Shown: positions 1 to 14,476 of the stretch, piece after piece
Layout: each line of letters opens with the position of its first letter
Position numbering within the stretch: the stretch's first letter is position 1
Origin: Takakia lepidozioides
Lineage: Eukaryota > Plantae > Bryophyta
Assembly (NCBI GenBank): GCA_030704615.1
Contig: CM060731.1
Coordinates: 45,508,001 to 45,572,000 of the forward strand
Direction: 5' to 3'
Length of the DNA stretch: 64,000 nt
The notes under the pieces: model-generated
Seen by the model: only the letters and a program-made list of their open reading frames with translations
Databases searched by the model: none
Told to the model about the DNA's origin: nothing
Program-made: the position numbers and the translations under genes

Positions 1-9
1 TAGATGTAC

Positions 10-2200
10 CTTTTCAAGTCTGGCAACCTCTTCAAGAGTCTGAGAGTTTGCAATAGCAGCCTGCATTAGAAGAGGGTCAAAGTGTCAGTCACTTTTATTG
101 AAGCCAACACAGGCCACAAGCCTAATGTAGATAACACTACTATCCAAGATATTGTCCGCGTTCTATTGTTCCCAAATCCTTTAAGCCATGGCCCATCACG
201 AAGGAGCCCGTAGAACGAAATTCTGCTTGTCAGTATCAAGGAAAGAGCCGAGACCCTTTTCTTTGGGGATCTACCTTGATTGCCAGAATCTGCTCTGGAG
301 TGGGGCCTTTACGAGAGGGTTCCTCCGGTTGGGCAGGGGCAACATCAACAGGAATTTCTCCAGGCACAAACGTTTTAGCAGGAGGCAGATTCTTTGCAGC
401 AGCTACCCCTTCTTTGGTCCCAAACTGCTTGGTGGCTTCTTGCCTCTCCTGTGCTCAGCCAAAACTTTCACTTACTGTGAGAAGCATGAACCTCAAGAAA
501 TGCATTGTAAGTCTTTGATCTATAATCCATTGGCCCAAACAGAAAGCCATGACAGTACTTGACAAAGCTGGCTAAAAAACATAGATTATCGTATAAACAA
601 AATTCTGTGTCTGAATGCATATGCTCAGTGTGCTGAGACACATTAAAGGCTCCATCACCCTCCAGCTGGACAAAACATTCCACGGGCACGTTTGCCTGCA
701 ATGCACACCATGTGTAACTTCAATCAAAATTTCATACCTTTTGTGTATTTTCAGGTCTCAGATGTCAATTGAGTCCTACATCTCTCCGTCCCCAGAAGGT
801 GCAAAAACACCCAGCATGAGGAGAAATGAAGGAAATTTACCTTGAGCTTCACTTTTTTGAAGTCGAGGACACGGAGCTTGGGGAGCTTGTGGATAACGTA
901 GAGACGGTAAAAGGGTTTGTTGATGACCAGGTTATCGAGCAGGCACAGTGTCTGCAAATTCACAAGCGTCCCAACGGGATCAAGGTCCGCCAAGTTCACC
1001 AGTCGGTTGTTTGTGAGCACCAGTGTCTCCAGCTTTGGCAGTAATGCTGCACCCCAGGTCTCTCACACCCTTTCCATCAACACAAATCTCTACAGCACTT
1101 GACTTAAAAAACTAGCATTCCTTCCATAAACATCTACGTTGCTGAGATCAGAACAAAATTTGCTTACAACTATTACTGTCACTCTACTTACACAGAAGTA
1201 CGTACTTCAGTAAGAACGTATCTGCTAGAAGGAAATATAACAGAAACAATGGGTACCTCCAATGGTGGGGCTGATGCGGGCTATTCTATTGTTGTTCACT
1301 AGCAGCGTTGTGAGGCGCTTCAGATAGGGAAACCCTTCAAGTTTCACTATCTCATTATCTGACAAGTCAATGCTGTCATACTGGTCCTGCAACCACCCAA
1401 AGTGACCACAATAGCCAGCCTCAACAACAAGCAGAAGCAGTTTCTGTCCTCTCTCTCTCCCAACTGCATTGGTCAAACACCGCAAGTTATTGCCATAATT
1501 ATGATCTGAACCAGAAAAGCTACAAGGAAAGCAAATGACCCTTTATTCTTTTCAGGAGATCAATAGTGGTGACAACCACTTAGATCAGCGGATCAACAGC
1601 TATTACATTGGACTAGGCCTACCTCAGTGGCGCCAAGGTTCTCAATGGCCGCAATCTTGTTGCCTGCATTATACAACCGCACACTTTCAGTTTCAACATC
1701 TTCACACCTAACATTGGCCTATTGCTCTCCACAAGGATTACTCATCCCAGTAACCAGGCACATCTCTCTCTCTCCCCCAAACTTTCAAACTTTGGTTTCA
1801 CCGCAGTGCTGAGAAATCACAGAGGGCAACAAGCCACAAGTCCAATGCCCTCCACGGCCCAACACAGAATCATTTTCTAACATAAACTGGTAATGTCCGT
1901 AAGCCCTAATTTAACTCAAGAATCCTAATACTAGGCCTCTACTTATGAGAGCCTTGCGTTTCTAGCTCACTCTACATCACATGTACTCCCATGTTTGGAA
2001 ATGAAGGATAACCTATGCAGTGGACGGCTGTAAGCAGTGAACTGTATTTGCTAGCATGAGTTGCCTTCCCTGTCTTTGTATTTTGAAATACCCAAGTTGC
2101 AATGGGAAAGAAACATACCACGAAGGTCAAGCTCCCTTTCTCGGACAGCATTGAAATACTGAGGGCAGCGCAGAATCAAATCTGCTGTCAACCTCACCAT
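10..2200 (-). CDS. SNRPA1: U2 snRNP protein A' (LRR); 3' end runs off the window
   Basis: GT-AG exons 2119-2200, 1623-1663, 1257-1386, 841-1046, 275-448 and 10-60 splice to MVRLTADLILRCPQYFNAVRERELDLRGNKIAAIENLGATEDQYDSIDLSDNEIVKLEGFPYLKRL...YRLYVIHKLPKLRVLDFKKVK...AAIANSQTLEEVARLEK, the U2A' signature. Confidence 0.96.
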
Positions 2201-2739
2201 CTTCCACCTTCCAAAATATTTGAAACGGAACACTAATGTGTGCTCTTCAGATTGGGAGTCCCTTACGTTCCTTCCTACATATAAGACTCAGCACCACGAA
2301 ACGAAGAAACTTGAAGCCGATCTTTTGTACGTCACCAGCCCTAAAACCCAGCAGAATGCCGTGCAAATTTCCTTCATAAATCCCAACATTCAGCTCCTTC
2401 CTTGCATCTCCTTAGCATCAAGAAGGCCACAACCTCCATCAAGACCTTGTTTGCGTGATTCAGAAAGACAAAGAAGAGCCTCCGTCAATACTACTCTCAG
2501 AGTAAAAGACAACAATGAAAAAAATATATGCAGCCTACAGGCTCGTAAGCAAGTAAAATAATGCGATGGTGGGAGAGAGAGAAAGGTAACTAAAACCTCA
2601 AACACTCCAGACAGAGCAAAGCAGCCTGAAGTGTACGAAGACAGGCTCAGCTTATCCGTGATAAGAAAAGGAAAAAACTGCTCAGTGAGGGGGAAAGACA
2701 ACAACTGAGCACAGACGGGCGAAATCAACGCAAGACAAG

Positions 2740-2890
2740 AAAACCTAGGAGCACATGGATGCTACAACAAAACCCTGGGCACGCATTGAGCCGAAGCACG
2801 GGAAGAAGACGATGACAAAAACCCTAGCCCCACAACCACCTGTGGATGAAAGCCTCATTGGAAGGACGTTCATCCACAACCCTAGGATTC
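2740..2890. promoter_or_regulatory. Probable bidirectional promoter with telo-box-like motifs
   Basis: AAACCCTAG at ~2741 and ~2819 and AACCCTAG at ~2877, between the divergent U2A' and RING genes. Confidence 0.45.
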
Positions 2891-3504
2891 ACCAGAATAT
2901 TCCGTTCCGTTAAGGCACCGACGCACTAGACGGTGGTTGGACCTCGCCACGTGTCAGGGTTCCCACACTCTGTTGCCGCGTGGCAAATCCCTCCTGTGTT
3001 TGGAAGGTCTGAGAGAGGAGGAAGGGAGGTCAGTCGAGATTGTGATTGGGGCAGCAGCGTGGAGCTCGATTCAAGGTCCAGATTCTTGGGTAGTAATTGG
3101 AAATGAGTCGCTATATCTAGCTGGGTTTTCATTTGAGAGACGAGGAGCTTGATCTAGTCTTCTGAGCAATTCCGGGAAGTTTTACAGTAGCCGGATCACC
3201 CGTCTATGCGGAGCTCTTGAATTTCTTGGACTGTGTATTGGCTTCAGCGTCCTGCGAAAGAAGGGACTTGGAATTTTGAAGAGATCGAAAATTGGTGGTA
3301 ACAGAGGAAGAGAGAGTGCCCGCGTATTATTTTTGAGTTGTAGGGTTTTGGTTAGATGCAGAGACAACATTTTTGATTCGGGAAAATCAAGCTTGAAACA
3401 CCAAGCGAGCAAAATCTGAGCGTGTGATTTTTCGATTCAGTCAGTCTCAACCGTCGTAAGTGAAGGGAAACCTGGAAGATCAAATTCGACATAGGGGGTC
3501 TGGT

Positions 3505-6500
3505 ATGGGAAGATCTAGCGGGGGTGCCTTTGATGCAGGGGTAGGTTCAGCTTTCAGTAGTGAAGGTAGCTCAGGACCATTTGACCGCCAGCATCCTCAT
3601 CACGACGACCCATTCGCGTCCCGAACTTACTATGACTCATACTGGTCTCGTTCCTACTCCAACAACGATCAAATGAGCTGGAGAGGAGGTGCGCCTGCGC
3701 TTCCACCGAGGCATCGAGAAGGTCGGCAATGTGGATATGGTTTCGTCGTGGTGGTTGCCTTCGTCGCATTCTTTTGTATGCATTTTTCCCATCCACTTTA
3801 TTCAAGAATCGTCACCATAGTAGTCATTCAAGTGGATGTCATCATATGCTATTAATATAGTGTCTTTTAACAGCAGCATGTTAGGCTTATAAGCTTTTCT
3901 TTGGGAAATGTTGGAAGTAGCAAGTGGAGGGTGTCTGCCCTTCTCAAGGGATGGAAGTCCCCTCGATGGCTGGTGGGAAATCTTACGGGTGGCTTTGACT
4001 TCCGGGAAATCATACCTTGTCAAGACATAAAAAGGGGACTACTGCTAGTCATTTCTGTAGGCAGCAGAGTTGGTTATTTTGTGGGATAAAATCTCCAAGC
4101 TCTTGCCTTGGTCATGGTCTTAAATTTGTCAATCACATTCTGTTGCGTCGAAATAGCGGATGAGCTCAAAGAAGCCTGTCATTCCAGTAACTCCTGGTCA
4201 GTTGGGTAATTTAGAATGGGATAGATTATGTAACTCTATCTGATTGTGTAAGTGAGTTGAAGCTGGGGTTACTGGAATTATAGGAATTGCAGCTTCATGG
4301 CAACTCTTGTGTGACTGTGATGTCTGTGGCATGGTGGGGTGCTGGGGGGTCCTAGTATCAATGTGGATGCTTTTTGGGTTGTATGGATCGCAGCAACTGC
4401 ACCTTGGCTTGAATTATTCACGGCTTATAACGGCTAACTCAGCTTTTGTGAAGGAAATCAAGGTGGGATTCCAAACTATTGTTAGGTCTTTTGCTGACTT
4501 AGAATGCAATCAGATTTTCAGGTTGGTGTGTCCACGAAATGCCATCTTGGAAATGAGTGCTTAGTATCATTTGGTCAGTCCCTCATTCCTCAGTGGGTTC
4601 GTGGGAATGAAGAGAGGATCCGAGGTTCTCAATTCCCAACACAACCAGATGACACCTGTCTTGTCAAGCATGGGATGGCAGGTGACCTGGCCTTATTGCA
4701 GCTTGTGCCCTTGCAATGGGTATGTCGTGGATTTCTGGAGCTTATGAGGGCAGATGGTGGGCTGGGTGCAGATACAAAATCTCCAGGATCCAGGCCCAGA
4801 AGCTTATTCATTTTCAAAGCGACCTGCTTTGAGTGGCTCCACTATCTGGACTGAGTCCAATCATGTCCCCATGGACGGGACTTCGCATAAGGCATGCCCT
4901 CTTTGACCAAACACCTTGAAGCTGTTTAGAGCTCGAAAGAGGTGAAAATAACCAGGTCCATAAAAACTTTATTCACTTGGTAACTTTTATACAGGGTATT
5001 GTACTTTTGGTCTCTTTTCTCTTTTACTGTCAGACCAGCAAGTGCTTTCTTGTTGGCTTGAAGCGCTCTTGGGGAAAGCACACAGATTTGTCGTTTTCTG
5101 GTTCTTTCTATTTTGGGTTGGGAGGGGAGGGTGGGTTGGTGGTGGGGGGGGGGGGGTGTGGAGGGCGCGCATTTACTAGTTCAGGGAGATTGTACTCATC
5201 AACTGTTGTTGTAAAGGTTAGCAATGGCCTATCCTTTAGAATGCTCACTCTTTGGAGTCGGTTGTGAGGTTTCAACTACCAGGGTTTATTAGACTCACCC
5301 AAAACTGCCATGGTGCTCGGATACAGCCGACAACAATCTGCTTACAGTGGGTCATGTTTCATCTACAGGCTGGTGTAGGCATCATACTAGAAAATGTTAT
5401 CTTCATTCAAGCACTGCCGCAGTATCTCGAATTTTGCCACAGACTGACATTGCTAGGCACACCTGCAAGGCTGTCGGACAAGTTCTAATCTTGTAGATTG
5501 CAGGATACAGCTTCAGTGCGTTAAGTCCTTTTTGGTGGATGTTTTGCAACAAACACCTGAGACACATGCTTTGGCAATTCTGGAGATGATATTCATTAAA
5601 TTTTTTTGCTCATCTAGAAGGTTGGTATATTTCTGTCAATGACAGGAGTGGGCATTTTGGCTGAACAAGGGTTCGTCGTTGAACCTGGCTTATGATGTGA
5701 AGGGATCTGGGCATGACTCTTTGGTGCTTGCTATTCTAACAGGTGAGTATTGTGTTCTCATATTGATTAGTCTGGACAGGAATTTAAAGAAGGGAGGGGT
5801 GCCCTTGTCGTAGTAGTAGATATGGCTGATGGAGCTAACCAGATGCATCTTGGAATCTATGGAAACTCCCAGGCTAGAGACAAACTTAGTTTTCTCTTAC
5901 TTCAACTTTTTGTGACAAGGGTGATGATGACATCTTGACAGGATCTATAAAATTTGTGCAGGAGAAGGTGCTTTTGAGGAGTGGAAAACCGACCCCAGGA
6001 ACCCTAGTTTAGCTTCAAAATGGGCTCGCATCCACGGTAAATCTCCATGGACATCCTTAAAGAGCAACTGAAGGGATGGCCATATGCATTTTCCAGATAT
6101 ATCTGGAGGCATGTTATACTGGGGTGTCAAGCTCTGCAGATGACTCATGTCTTTGGTAGGTCGGACCTGGTGTCCATTGGCTAGCTTGATACAAACACTG
6201 TGGCCAACGACATTTAGAATGTGTTACCAGAGATTCAAATTTAATACATTTCTGAGTTCTATGCACTCTCATACCACCCTGCTATTGGGTGTTGAATGTT
6301 TCTCTACCATTGTTATTACTCTGTCAAGTGTTGGTATGATTCGATCTGGTCACCAACATGTAGATATTTAGGAGGGGTTCATCCATCTCCACTCCTTCCT
6401 GAGTCCTGTTTCTGAGTATATTCACCTCTATGGTGTGCAGGTAAGGGATCACTAATGTTCAATGTGGACAAAGATGATGATTATTATGTTGCCGTTGGCA

Positions 6501-8508
6501 ACCTTGATAGTCACAAGACGCAGGTGCCTACAAAATACTAACTGCGTATTGTATCATGCAGAGACACATGAGAAATTGCTCCGTGTATATTTATTGTAGC
6601 CATCCTGTGATTTCTTGAGTTATCTTGCTGAATCTGGAATTTAATTTGAGCTTTGGGGTGTATGTCAAGAATGCAGTGGGAGGGATTGGGGGGATAATGG
6701 ATGGAGAGTTAGAGTTAGGCTTGTTTCATACTCTCCTGCCTGTGGCTTGTCATATGTGGTGGCCTCAATTGTAACAACGTGGGCTGTTGCGAAACAGCTC
6801 TCGATGGACCTGAAAATTCGCTTCAAATTGTACGGGACCCAGGGGGCAGATAAAGTGTGCAATCCAAGCATGCTTGGGCTCTGTTCAGTTCCTCTGTCAT
6901 TTTTCGGTTCCAAATTTGCGCTCTTGACATCACCTCAACACAAACAGGTATTTATTTCTTCTTACTTGGCTTCGAGATTGGTCATACCTAGAGTCTTTAT
7001 GAGCACCTTTGGTGGTTACGTTCTAGGCAGTATCTCCATCTGATCATGGATCAACTATCAGAGTCTCAATCAAAGTTAAGTGTAGTCACTGTCTCAGCTG
7101 TATAACAGCTACCATATGTGGGTGAACATCATCTTCCTTGGGTGATTCACTGCCCGACTTGGTATGGTTGTTGATAATGCTGCATTCTCGACTGTAGTTT
7201 GATGTATCATGATGCTCAAATCAGGGGATATTATGTTTGTCAAGAAAGGCAGGCTTAAGAGAGCTTGTAAAGTTCCCCTTAATTTTTGTCTCTTGGCCTC
7301 TTGAAACTAGGGTTTGTTCTTAGAGCTATGACAGCACCAAAAGCTCTAACTGATGTGGTGGATTGTGAGGATCATGAAGTTGGAGTGTTAAAATGCAGTT
7401 TGGCGTGGATACATGGGAAGTAAAGGTGTCATATGTGGCACGCTGGGTCACCTATCTTTTTCTCTTAGGTGTGTTAGTCTGACCTTTCTGTGTAGATTAC
7501 TAATAGATCAATTAAGAAAGGTTTGAAGCAACAGTTTGTATTGCAAGGCACATGGCACTCGATACTTTAGTTCATTTGCAGCTTCCAAATTGAAACTTGG
7601 TTAAACTTGGCATAAGCCGCCAAATAAACAGGAAAGCTAAAAAGTACAGTGCTTTCGGTGCCTGTGACTGCCAGTTCAGCTATGCTGAACTCATTTGCAG
7701 GAACCATAGTGAGGTAGGATGGCAGTACATAGATGCATCTAAAGAATCACAAATGGAACATCTGTTGAGTCTGCAGGCTTGGTGGCATCGGCTCTATTTG
7801 CAACGATAGCCATGCAATTAAATTTTGTCACTCGAGCACCCACAAGTTTTGATGAGCAAGCCCCCTTGCTTCCATCACAGGAGCCACAAACGCCTTCTGC
7901 TCCTGCCGTAGAGAGCTACCCCCCAAGCTGGACAATCTCTACTCCACCCGTGGAGGGGCAAGGAGAACAGGTCATTGATGATCGGCTATGCTCCGTGTGT
8001 TTGGATGCACCGAAGGACAGTTTCTTTGATCCTTGTGGCCATAGCTGTGCTTGCTACTCCTGTGGCCTTAGGTACTTCTCTTCTTCCTCCGAATTGTCTG
8101 TGAGAATCCTTTTAGAGCAGCCATCTTTCCTATGGTCCAGAAAGTATCTTCGACTACTTCTGTAGGTCGGTTGAATGTATTTGGTTACGCTTTTCAGGAG
8201 TGGGACTAAATCAGTAACTCTCCAGGTAAGGAAATGGAGGTGGGGTGTTTTCTGATGTACTACCTGGGCTCTTTAATCATTGAAACCTATTTGATAGGGA
8301 TGGAAGTGCAGATTTGTGGATTGAAACCAGGAATGTTTCTGCAGAATAAGGTTGCAAATGATTTTGGTAATTGGTTACCACAAATATAGAACAATGCTTG
8401 ACATTCTAAATGGGTGGAATGGACTGCAGGATAAAACAAGGAGAGAGACCTGTGTGCCCAATATGTCGGCAAAATATCCATGCGGTTCGCAAAATATACT
8501 ACTCATGA
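3505..8508 (+). CDS. APD1-4-like transmembrane C3HC4 RING E3 ubiquitin ligase (multi-exon)
   Basis: Exon peptides MGRSSGG..., MWMLFGLYGSQQLHLGLNYSRLI, EWAFWLNKGSSLNLAYDV, DDDYYVAVGNL, WEVKVSYVARWVTY, and C-terminal RING CSVCLDAPKDSFFDPCGHSCACYSCGLR|IKQGERPVCPICRQNIHAVRKIY with TGA at 8506-8508. Internal exon borders are approximate. Confidence 0.88.
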
Positions 8509-9564
8509 AGCCCAGGATCTCTGGCATGGAAAATAGACATCTAAAACATGCTGCTCAACGTTTCCTGTATACTCTGCATTGAGCACTTTGAAGCTTCACT
8601 GAAGTACCGGCCGGTGATGGAAAATGTTTTGAGCAGTTTCAATGCTGAAGTTGTGTTGCTTATCGAATCACAGTATGGTAGATCATACATTCAGTCCAGT
8701 ACATGTTACTGTTTTTGTAATGAAATGCATTCCCCATTGTTGAGTAAATGTGTGAGGCATAATTCTGGATCATCATATGGCAATCAGGGCTACTACTTTT
8801 TGTCATGATGGAGATCTTCATGCTTGGTAATGGGACTCAACGGTTTTTCTCTCTTGTTTGCTACACATCGTGAGACTGCAACTTGCAGCAAGATGATTGG
8901 CACCTCTTCATTAAGCTTGCATATCCAGTATACCTTGGAGCAAACTTCGGAGACTATCGAATTGACAGATTAGGCCTCCGATCAGACATCGCCGTGGTCG
9001 GCATACCCATCTCTTCTCCCCTGTTTCTCGTGCGAGCATCAATGCTGCCACAAAGGGCAGTAATATCTCTGGAGTATCCCATCATTATCACACACCGGCT
9101 GGTCCGGGGGTTTTCACAAGCTGAGGAGTGACACCGAAGAATGAAAAAGCAATGATAGTGGTCCCACACCCCACGCACTATCTATAATAGTAAGTGACAG
9201 TTGTGCTTTGCTGGGGGTGGAAGTAAGTGTGCCTCCAACGGTCAGCAACGCTGCCTCTTTGCGCAGTTCCATAGTCGAAGTCATGGCGTCCGAGCAAAGA
9301 GAAACACTCAGATGAGACGCAGCGATGAAGACAAGCGAAGGAAATTTCTGAGAGCAAGATGTGGGGCTCACAGGGTAGCCTACTTATGCAATTGGATGAT
9401 AAAGCAGTGTTCATAGGGGAGGGTAATCCCCCATGAACTATTTTCTTTTATTTGTTCTGTGCTTTGTGCCCGTGCTGTCCTTCAAATGGGCGAGTCGGAT
9501 TAGCTTGAAAGCTCCACCCCCCTTATCCTTTGCGAGGGAGAAAGCGAAGCCGCCATCGCTCACT

Positions 9565-11946
9565 ATGCTGCACAGAGTCACGTCTTCTGGGAGAAGGCCA
9601 GCTTTGCCACCCACCTTTTCCCCATCTCGGTACTCTTCCCCTGCTTCTGAGCCCATTCCAAAGCCTCCATCACATTTTTCAACCTGGTTTTCTTCTCCCA
9701 AGAAGAATCGGAAGCCGACAGCCATGGCTGCCAATGCTCAGCCTCCACCTCCACCGGCGTCTTCGATTATACGGACCCCACTGAACCCAAGTGCGGCTAC
9801 TCGGAAGGCTGAAGACATAGTCACATTGACAGCCTTCTTGGGTAGTAGAGACTCAAATGCGGATATAGATTTGGTGGTGTTGATGACGCACGTGCAAGCA
9901 GCCTGCAAGCACATTGCAGCAATTCTGGCATCCCCGACAGAACTCAAAGCTCGTCTATCGGGTCCGGAGGCGGATGTGGGTGCTGGCCGGGATACTCCAA
10001 AACCGTTGGACATTGTTTCGGTGGGTGCTCGATCTCTGACACCTTCTCTCCAACCTTCCAGCTTTACTGTCGATCACTATTGATCTCAATTAGTACTTTG
10101 TGGGTGATGTGGACTTGGCTCAAGTTGGTTATAGCTTTGGATCACGCACATTCCATGTAGAGCGGGTAGTGTATACAATCTGTTTCTGTTGGCAAGCTTT
10201 GTGGAGATGACAGAAAATAAAGAATTATAGTATTCGTCCCTCTGCAGTGGAAAAATTTAGTGAGACCCAAAGCGTTGTTTTTTACCTGCTCGAATCACGT
10301 TGTATATGCGCATCAAAAATTTAGCGCGACCCAAGCTTTGTTGTTTACCTGATTGAATCACTTTTGGTATATACGCATCCCAGTTACAGCTGGAGGAAAA
10401 CTCAACACCAAGACATGTGTAGGAATTGAGTACATGGATCTCGTCATTACCCCATTTCCATTTGAGATCCCCTCCTTCCTCCCCATGGTCGTTGAATGCC
10501 ACCTCTGCGCTGTGGCATGAAAGGAAGATTGTACTCAGGTCTTCCCTGGATGGCCTCTGTATGATAGATTAGTATACCTTGACAAAAACCATCAAGTGTG
10601 TCACATTGTGTTTGGATTGGCTATTAAGTTTATGGATCTTACAATGGCCGAACAGTCAGCCATGGTACAGGCAGATCTAATGTGGCACACGCATTGCTGG
10701 CAGGCAGAATAACATACTAAAGGCCGCTCTCAGGAACTCAGGAAAAGTAGCAGCCATTGCTTCTGAGGAAGATGATGTAGCTCTGTGGTTTGGGGAGGGA
10801 CCCTATGTGGTGGTTTTTGACCCCTTGGATGGTTCCCGCAACATTGATGCCGGTATTCCCACAGGCACCATTTTTGGAATTTATCGGAGGTTACCTGAAG
10901 CTGACCACTTGCCCTTGGAGGAGAAGGCAGCGGTCAATGTGTTGCAGAAAGGGGAACAGCTTGTGGCTGCAGGCTATGCCTTGTATTCTTCGGCAACCAT
11001 GATGTGTATCTCAGTCGGGTCAGGCCTACATTGCTTCACATTGGATTACACGATTGGCGAGTTTGTTTTGAGCCACCCTGATATCCGTGTCCCTGAAAGA
11101 GGTCTGTTCGTCTGTTCTCCTTCCTTACTCTTCACTGTATATAAGCTAAATGACATTCTTCATGTCCACATGAGGGATGCCGGCTGTCATTAGGCACTGT
11201 CACTGAAGCCTTCCTACAGCAGCCATCAGGTTCCTCTTTAGGAACAGTAGAGTTGCTGAAGACGTATGTTTAAGTTTTTCTCCTTGGAGAGGAATGCAAC
11301 CAGTTTCCTAACAGCCAGGCGAAAGCTTCAGGAATGCTTTGCTTGACACACTTCCTGTCTGGCTTGCATGCGCAGTTCCCTTGTACACACAGAGCAGTTC
11401 AAAGTTTGTAGCTAAAATGAACATACCGCATTTGAGGATTGCAAGATATGCTAAGAATCCAGACAGCTAGCTCTGATCTGCACCTCCCTACATGCCCAAT
11501 GCACAGCATCCATTGAGGACTGACTGAGTGGCAAATTTTGTACAGGACAAATCTATTCTGTCAATGATGCGAGGTATTTCGATTGGCCAGCAGGATTACG
11601 ACGGTACATTGATACTATTCGACAAGGGAAAGGCCAAAATCCCAAAAAATATTCAGCCCGCTATATATGCTCGCTGGTGGCAGATCTTCACCGCACGATG
11701 CTTTATGGTGGGTTAGCCATGAACCCAAGGTCCCACCTTCGACTAGTGTATGAGGCAAACCCTCTCAGCTTTTTGGTTGAGCAAGGGGGTGGGAAAGGCA
11801 CCGATGGAAAGCAACGAATCATGGAAATCCAGCCTGCTCAATTGCATCAGCGGCTGCCTCTCTTTCTGGGGAGCCGGGCTGATATTGCTGAGCTCCTTAC
11901 GTACAAAGATGTACAGCAGCTAGTCAATCCAGGCTATGAAGTATAA
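9565..11946 (+). CDS. Plastid fructose-1,6-bisphosphatase, redox-independent cpFBPase II type
   Basis: Exons 9565-10020, 10708-11101 and 11546-11946. S/P/R-rich transit peptide; motifs ASEE, VVFDPLDGSRNID, GTIFGIY, RYICSLVADLHRT, LRLVYEANP. The loop after GIY (RRLPEADHLPLEEKA) lacks the regulatory cysteines. Confidence 0.92.
10238..10502 (-). mobile_element. LINE RT C-terminal fragment in FBPase intron 1
   Basis: Peptide WGNDEIHVLNSYTCLGVEFSSSCNWDAYIPKVI (Y-x-YLG-type late RT motif); shares 23 bp with the LINE at 14786. Confidence 0.75.
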
Positions 11947-13846
11947 TGCGGGATGTTAGTGGGTTTGAGATATGAAGTCTGACTCTATTGAATCGATCTA
12001 AGACCTGGGGTGAGGATATCTTACTATTGTGGTGCGATGGGGGCTGTTCTCAGCATCTAGGTTGAAATTCAGTAGGACCTCAATGACTGATTTGTGAGTC
12101 AATTGTCAGCTCATCATCAAGTAAGCTAAGTTAGCCCTGAGCTTCCGAGACATGTCTGGAGGTCTCAAGTAACTGCCAGTTTTATCGCCGAGAACTTTCT
12201 GATGAGGCCACTGTACATACTAAATATGTGATCAACTCATTCATTCAATTCAATTTTTTTTTCGCCAGCCTGTTCCATTATGGGATTTCTCAGGGTTTGG
12301 GTGTCATTAGTATTTCTGAAGTTTCTCAAATTTTTAGTTGATGCTCAATAAAGAATATGTATTGAATGCAGCCTTTTAGCAGGAGTCTGTGGGTGCTTCT
12401 ATCTGTAGTTTGGGTATACCGTACTTACCTAGCTTATTAGGCAATAATTAATTCAAAATCAAGTGCCTAATTAAATTTAGATTGTTTTTGAAAAATGTGC
12501 CTAAAACTTGGAAAATGCTCCTGAGAAGTGCCTAAAGGCTCGGAAACTGTCAAAAATACCAAAATGTCCAAATATGTGGAAAAAATGCCTACAATTTAAA
12601 AATGCCTACAATTACCTCAACAATAGTTCTTGAGGGAGGTCAAAAACAATTGTTCATTATGTTATTTTGTTATGGACGTGGTGCCTTTCGATAAGAACAG
12701 TAGATCCTTGATAAGAGTGGATGAATGTTTTCTCAAACGAACTATATTAAGGCGTGCTAACAAAGAGGAGAGCCATATTTTCATAACACATATCAAATAA
12801 CGCTCTAGTCATGCCATTTTCAAGTGTAAATTTTTACAGACTCTTTATCCAGGGTCGACTGTAATACATGCCTAATGGTTGGAATTTACCTAGTTGAGGT
12901 GCCTAAATAATAAAAACGAATCTGCCTAATAATATTCGCTTATAGTTCTTGGCAGTCTCATGAATTCTACATATTGTTTGTATCCGCATGAGGACTGCTT
13001 CCAGGTCTGCGGATCCAAGGAATCCTTAGTGCAGAATTCCTGTCTGGATGGTATCTGCAAAATATGGATGTTCGAGTGTGTGCATGTAATCATACAACTA
13101 CTCTGGCACTACATAGTGAGACCACCACTCCCACATTTGCACCAATCCCATACATGAATATATCCACATGATTAAGTAGTGGCCTGCAGCAGATACTGTC
13201 CATCTGTATGGTGTCCCTGCTGTAGACTGTCTTGGAGCATTACATGAGAGCATTACATGAGAGCCTTACAAATAAAAGGCCATCCGTCCTCTGGCTGTGC
13301 TCATTCAGTTGTATACATAGCTGGACATGCTGTTCTTGACCTTGCGCCTGTGGAAAGGTCTGTCTATTTATCATCATTATTTTCTCCTTCATTGGAATTT
13401 GTTGGCCACAAATGTGTTTTTGTCTTTCCATGTCCTAGGATGCTCACTGGAGACCTCATGCATGAGGAGAGCTACTTGGATTTATGTTCAAAGGCATCCC
13501 TTGGCAGGCAGACAATGACATTGGCACATTCAGAGTGAAGAGCAGTTCCATTGATAGAAGTTCGCTCCAATCGTGGAATCTCTGTTAAGAAGATCATAGG
13601 AGGCACAGAATAAATTTGGAGGTACAAAGGAGGTACAGTATGAGAGAATCCAGTTCAGAAGGCCCGAAATCGTGGTCTTCAAACAGACAAGCTTGATGCC
13701 TGACTGCATGGTGAATCTAGGTACGAAAGGAGCGAACTCACCAATCATCTCACAGCAGCAAAGTTCCTCACTCTGAAGAATCTCCCAGACTCCACAAAAA
13801 AATTGGCATGGCCCAAGATGGACAATTAGGATCAGTGTTCTCCCCT

Positions 13847-14281
13847 TTAGAAAATCTTGTAGTTGCTTTCAATAAGTGATTGCAGGGGCTTAAACACAGG
13901 TTGTGGCACATTGGGCCACTCGACCCACTCCCAACCATCACACTTGTCTGGTTCCAAGTTTTGAGGCTCTTCTTCTGGATTGGACAGCTCTCCCTGCATG
14001 AAGATGGTGACATAATGGGAGGGCCGCCTCTCATCCCGCATCACAGTGTTGGTGACCCAAGCAAACTTAATTTTGTCAATACAGAGCCCTGTCTCTTCCA
14101 TCACCTCCCGTGCAGCACACTCCTCCCATGTCTCTCCGAACTCCAGATGGCCCCCGGGAAGTGCGAAGGTGGCATGGCCGATCGAGGAGCGTCGACGCCC
14201 AACCAGAACATGCGCACCCCTGCACACCAGCACCCCCACTCCCACTCTCGGCACGGGCTCCGCTGCCATCGCCATCGCCAT
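13847..14281 (-). CDS. NUDT1: Nudix hydrolase 1 (NUDX1-like), intronless
   Basis: PRVGVGV...ALPGGHLEFGETWEECAAREVMEETGL (Nudix box) and PQNLEPDKCDGWEWVEW. Confidence 0.93.
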   Translation of the reverse strand: MAMAMAAEPVPRVGVGVLVCRGAHVLVGRRRSSIGHATFALPGGHLEFGETWEECAAREVMEETGLCIDKIKFAWVTNTVMRDERRPSHYVTIFMQGELSNPEEEPQNLEPDKCDGWEWVEWPNVPQPVFKPLQSLIESNYKIF

Positions 14282-14476
14282 CTCTCTCTCTCTCTCTCTC
14301 TCTTTCTTTTGGGTTGCTCACATTGCCGCCAATAACTCGATCTAACTTAAGCAATCCTGTTAAAAAAAAAGGAAATCATGTGTTTAGTGTAATTAAGTGA
14401 GGGGGTTTAGGAGGGAAAGCTTTTAGGGTTAGAGCAGGGTGAGTGTTCTCTACTGTTTGTGGTGGGGGAGGGGGAC

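Noticed and set aside
9433-9564. Upstream in-frame ATG giving FBPase a signal-peptide-like N-terminus
   Set aside because: The ATG at 9565 starts a typical plastid transit peptide. The extension is unsupported without transcript data.
12430-12935. MITE with TGCCTAA repeats
   Set aside because: Only a ~10-bp inverted match (TTATTAGGCA/TGCCTAATAA) and no clear TSD; too weak to call.
13880-14400. Long plus-strand ORFs overlapping NUDT1 (and similar antisense ORFs over pol and the transposase)
   Set aside because: Shadow frames of GC-rich real coding sequence with no recognisable motifs.
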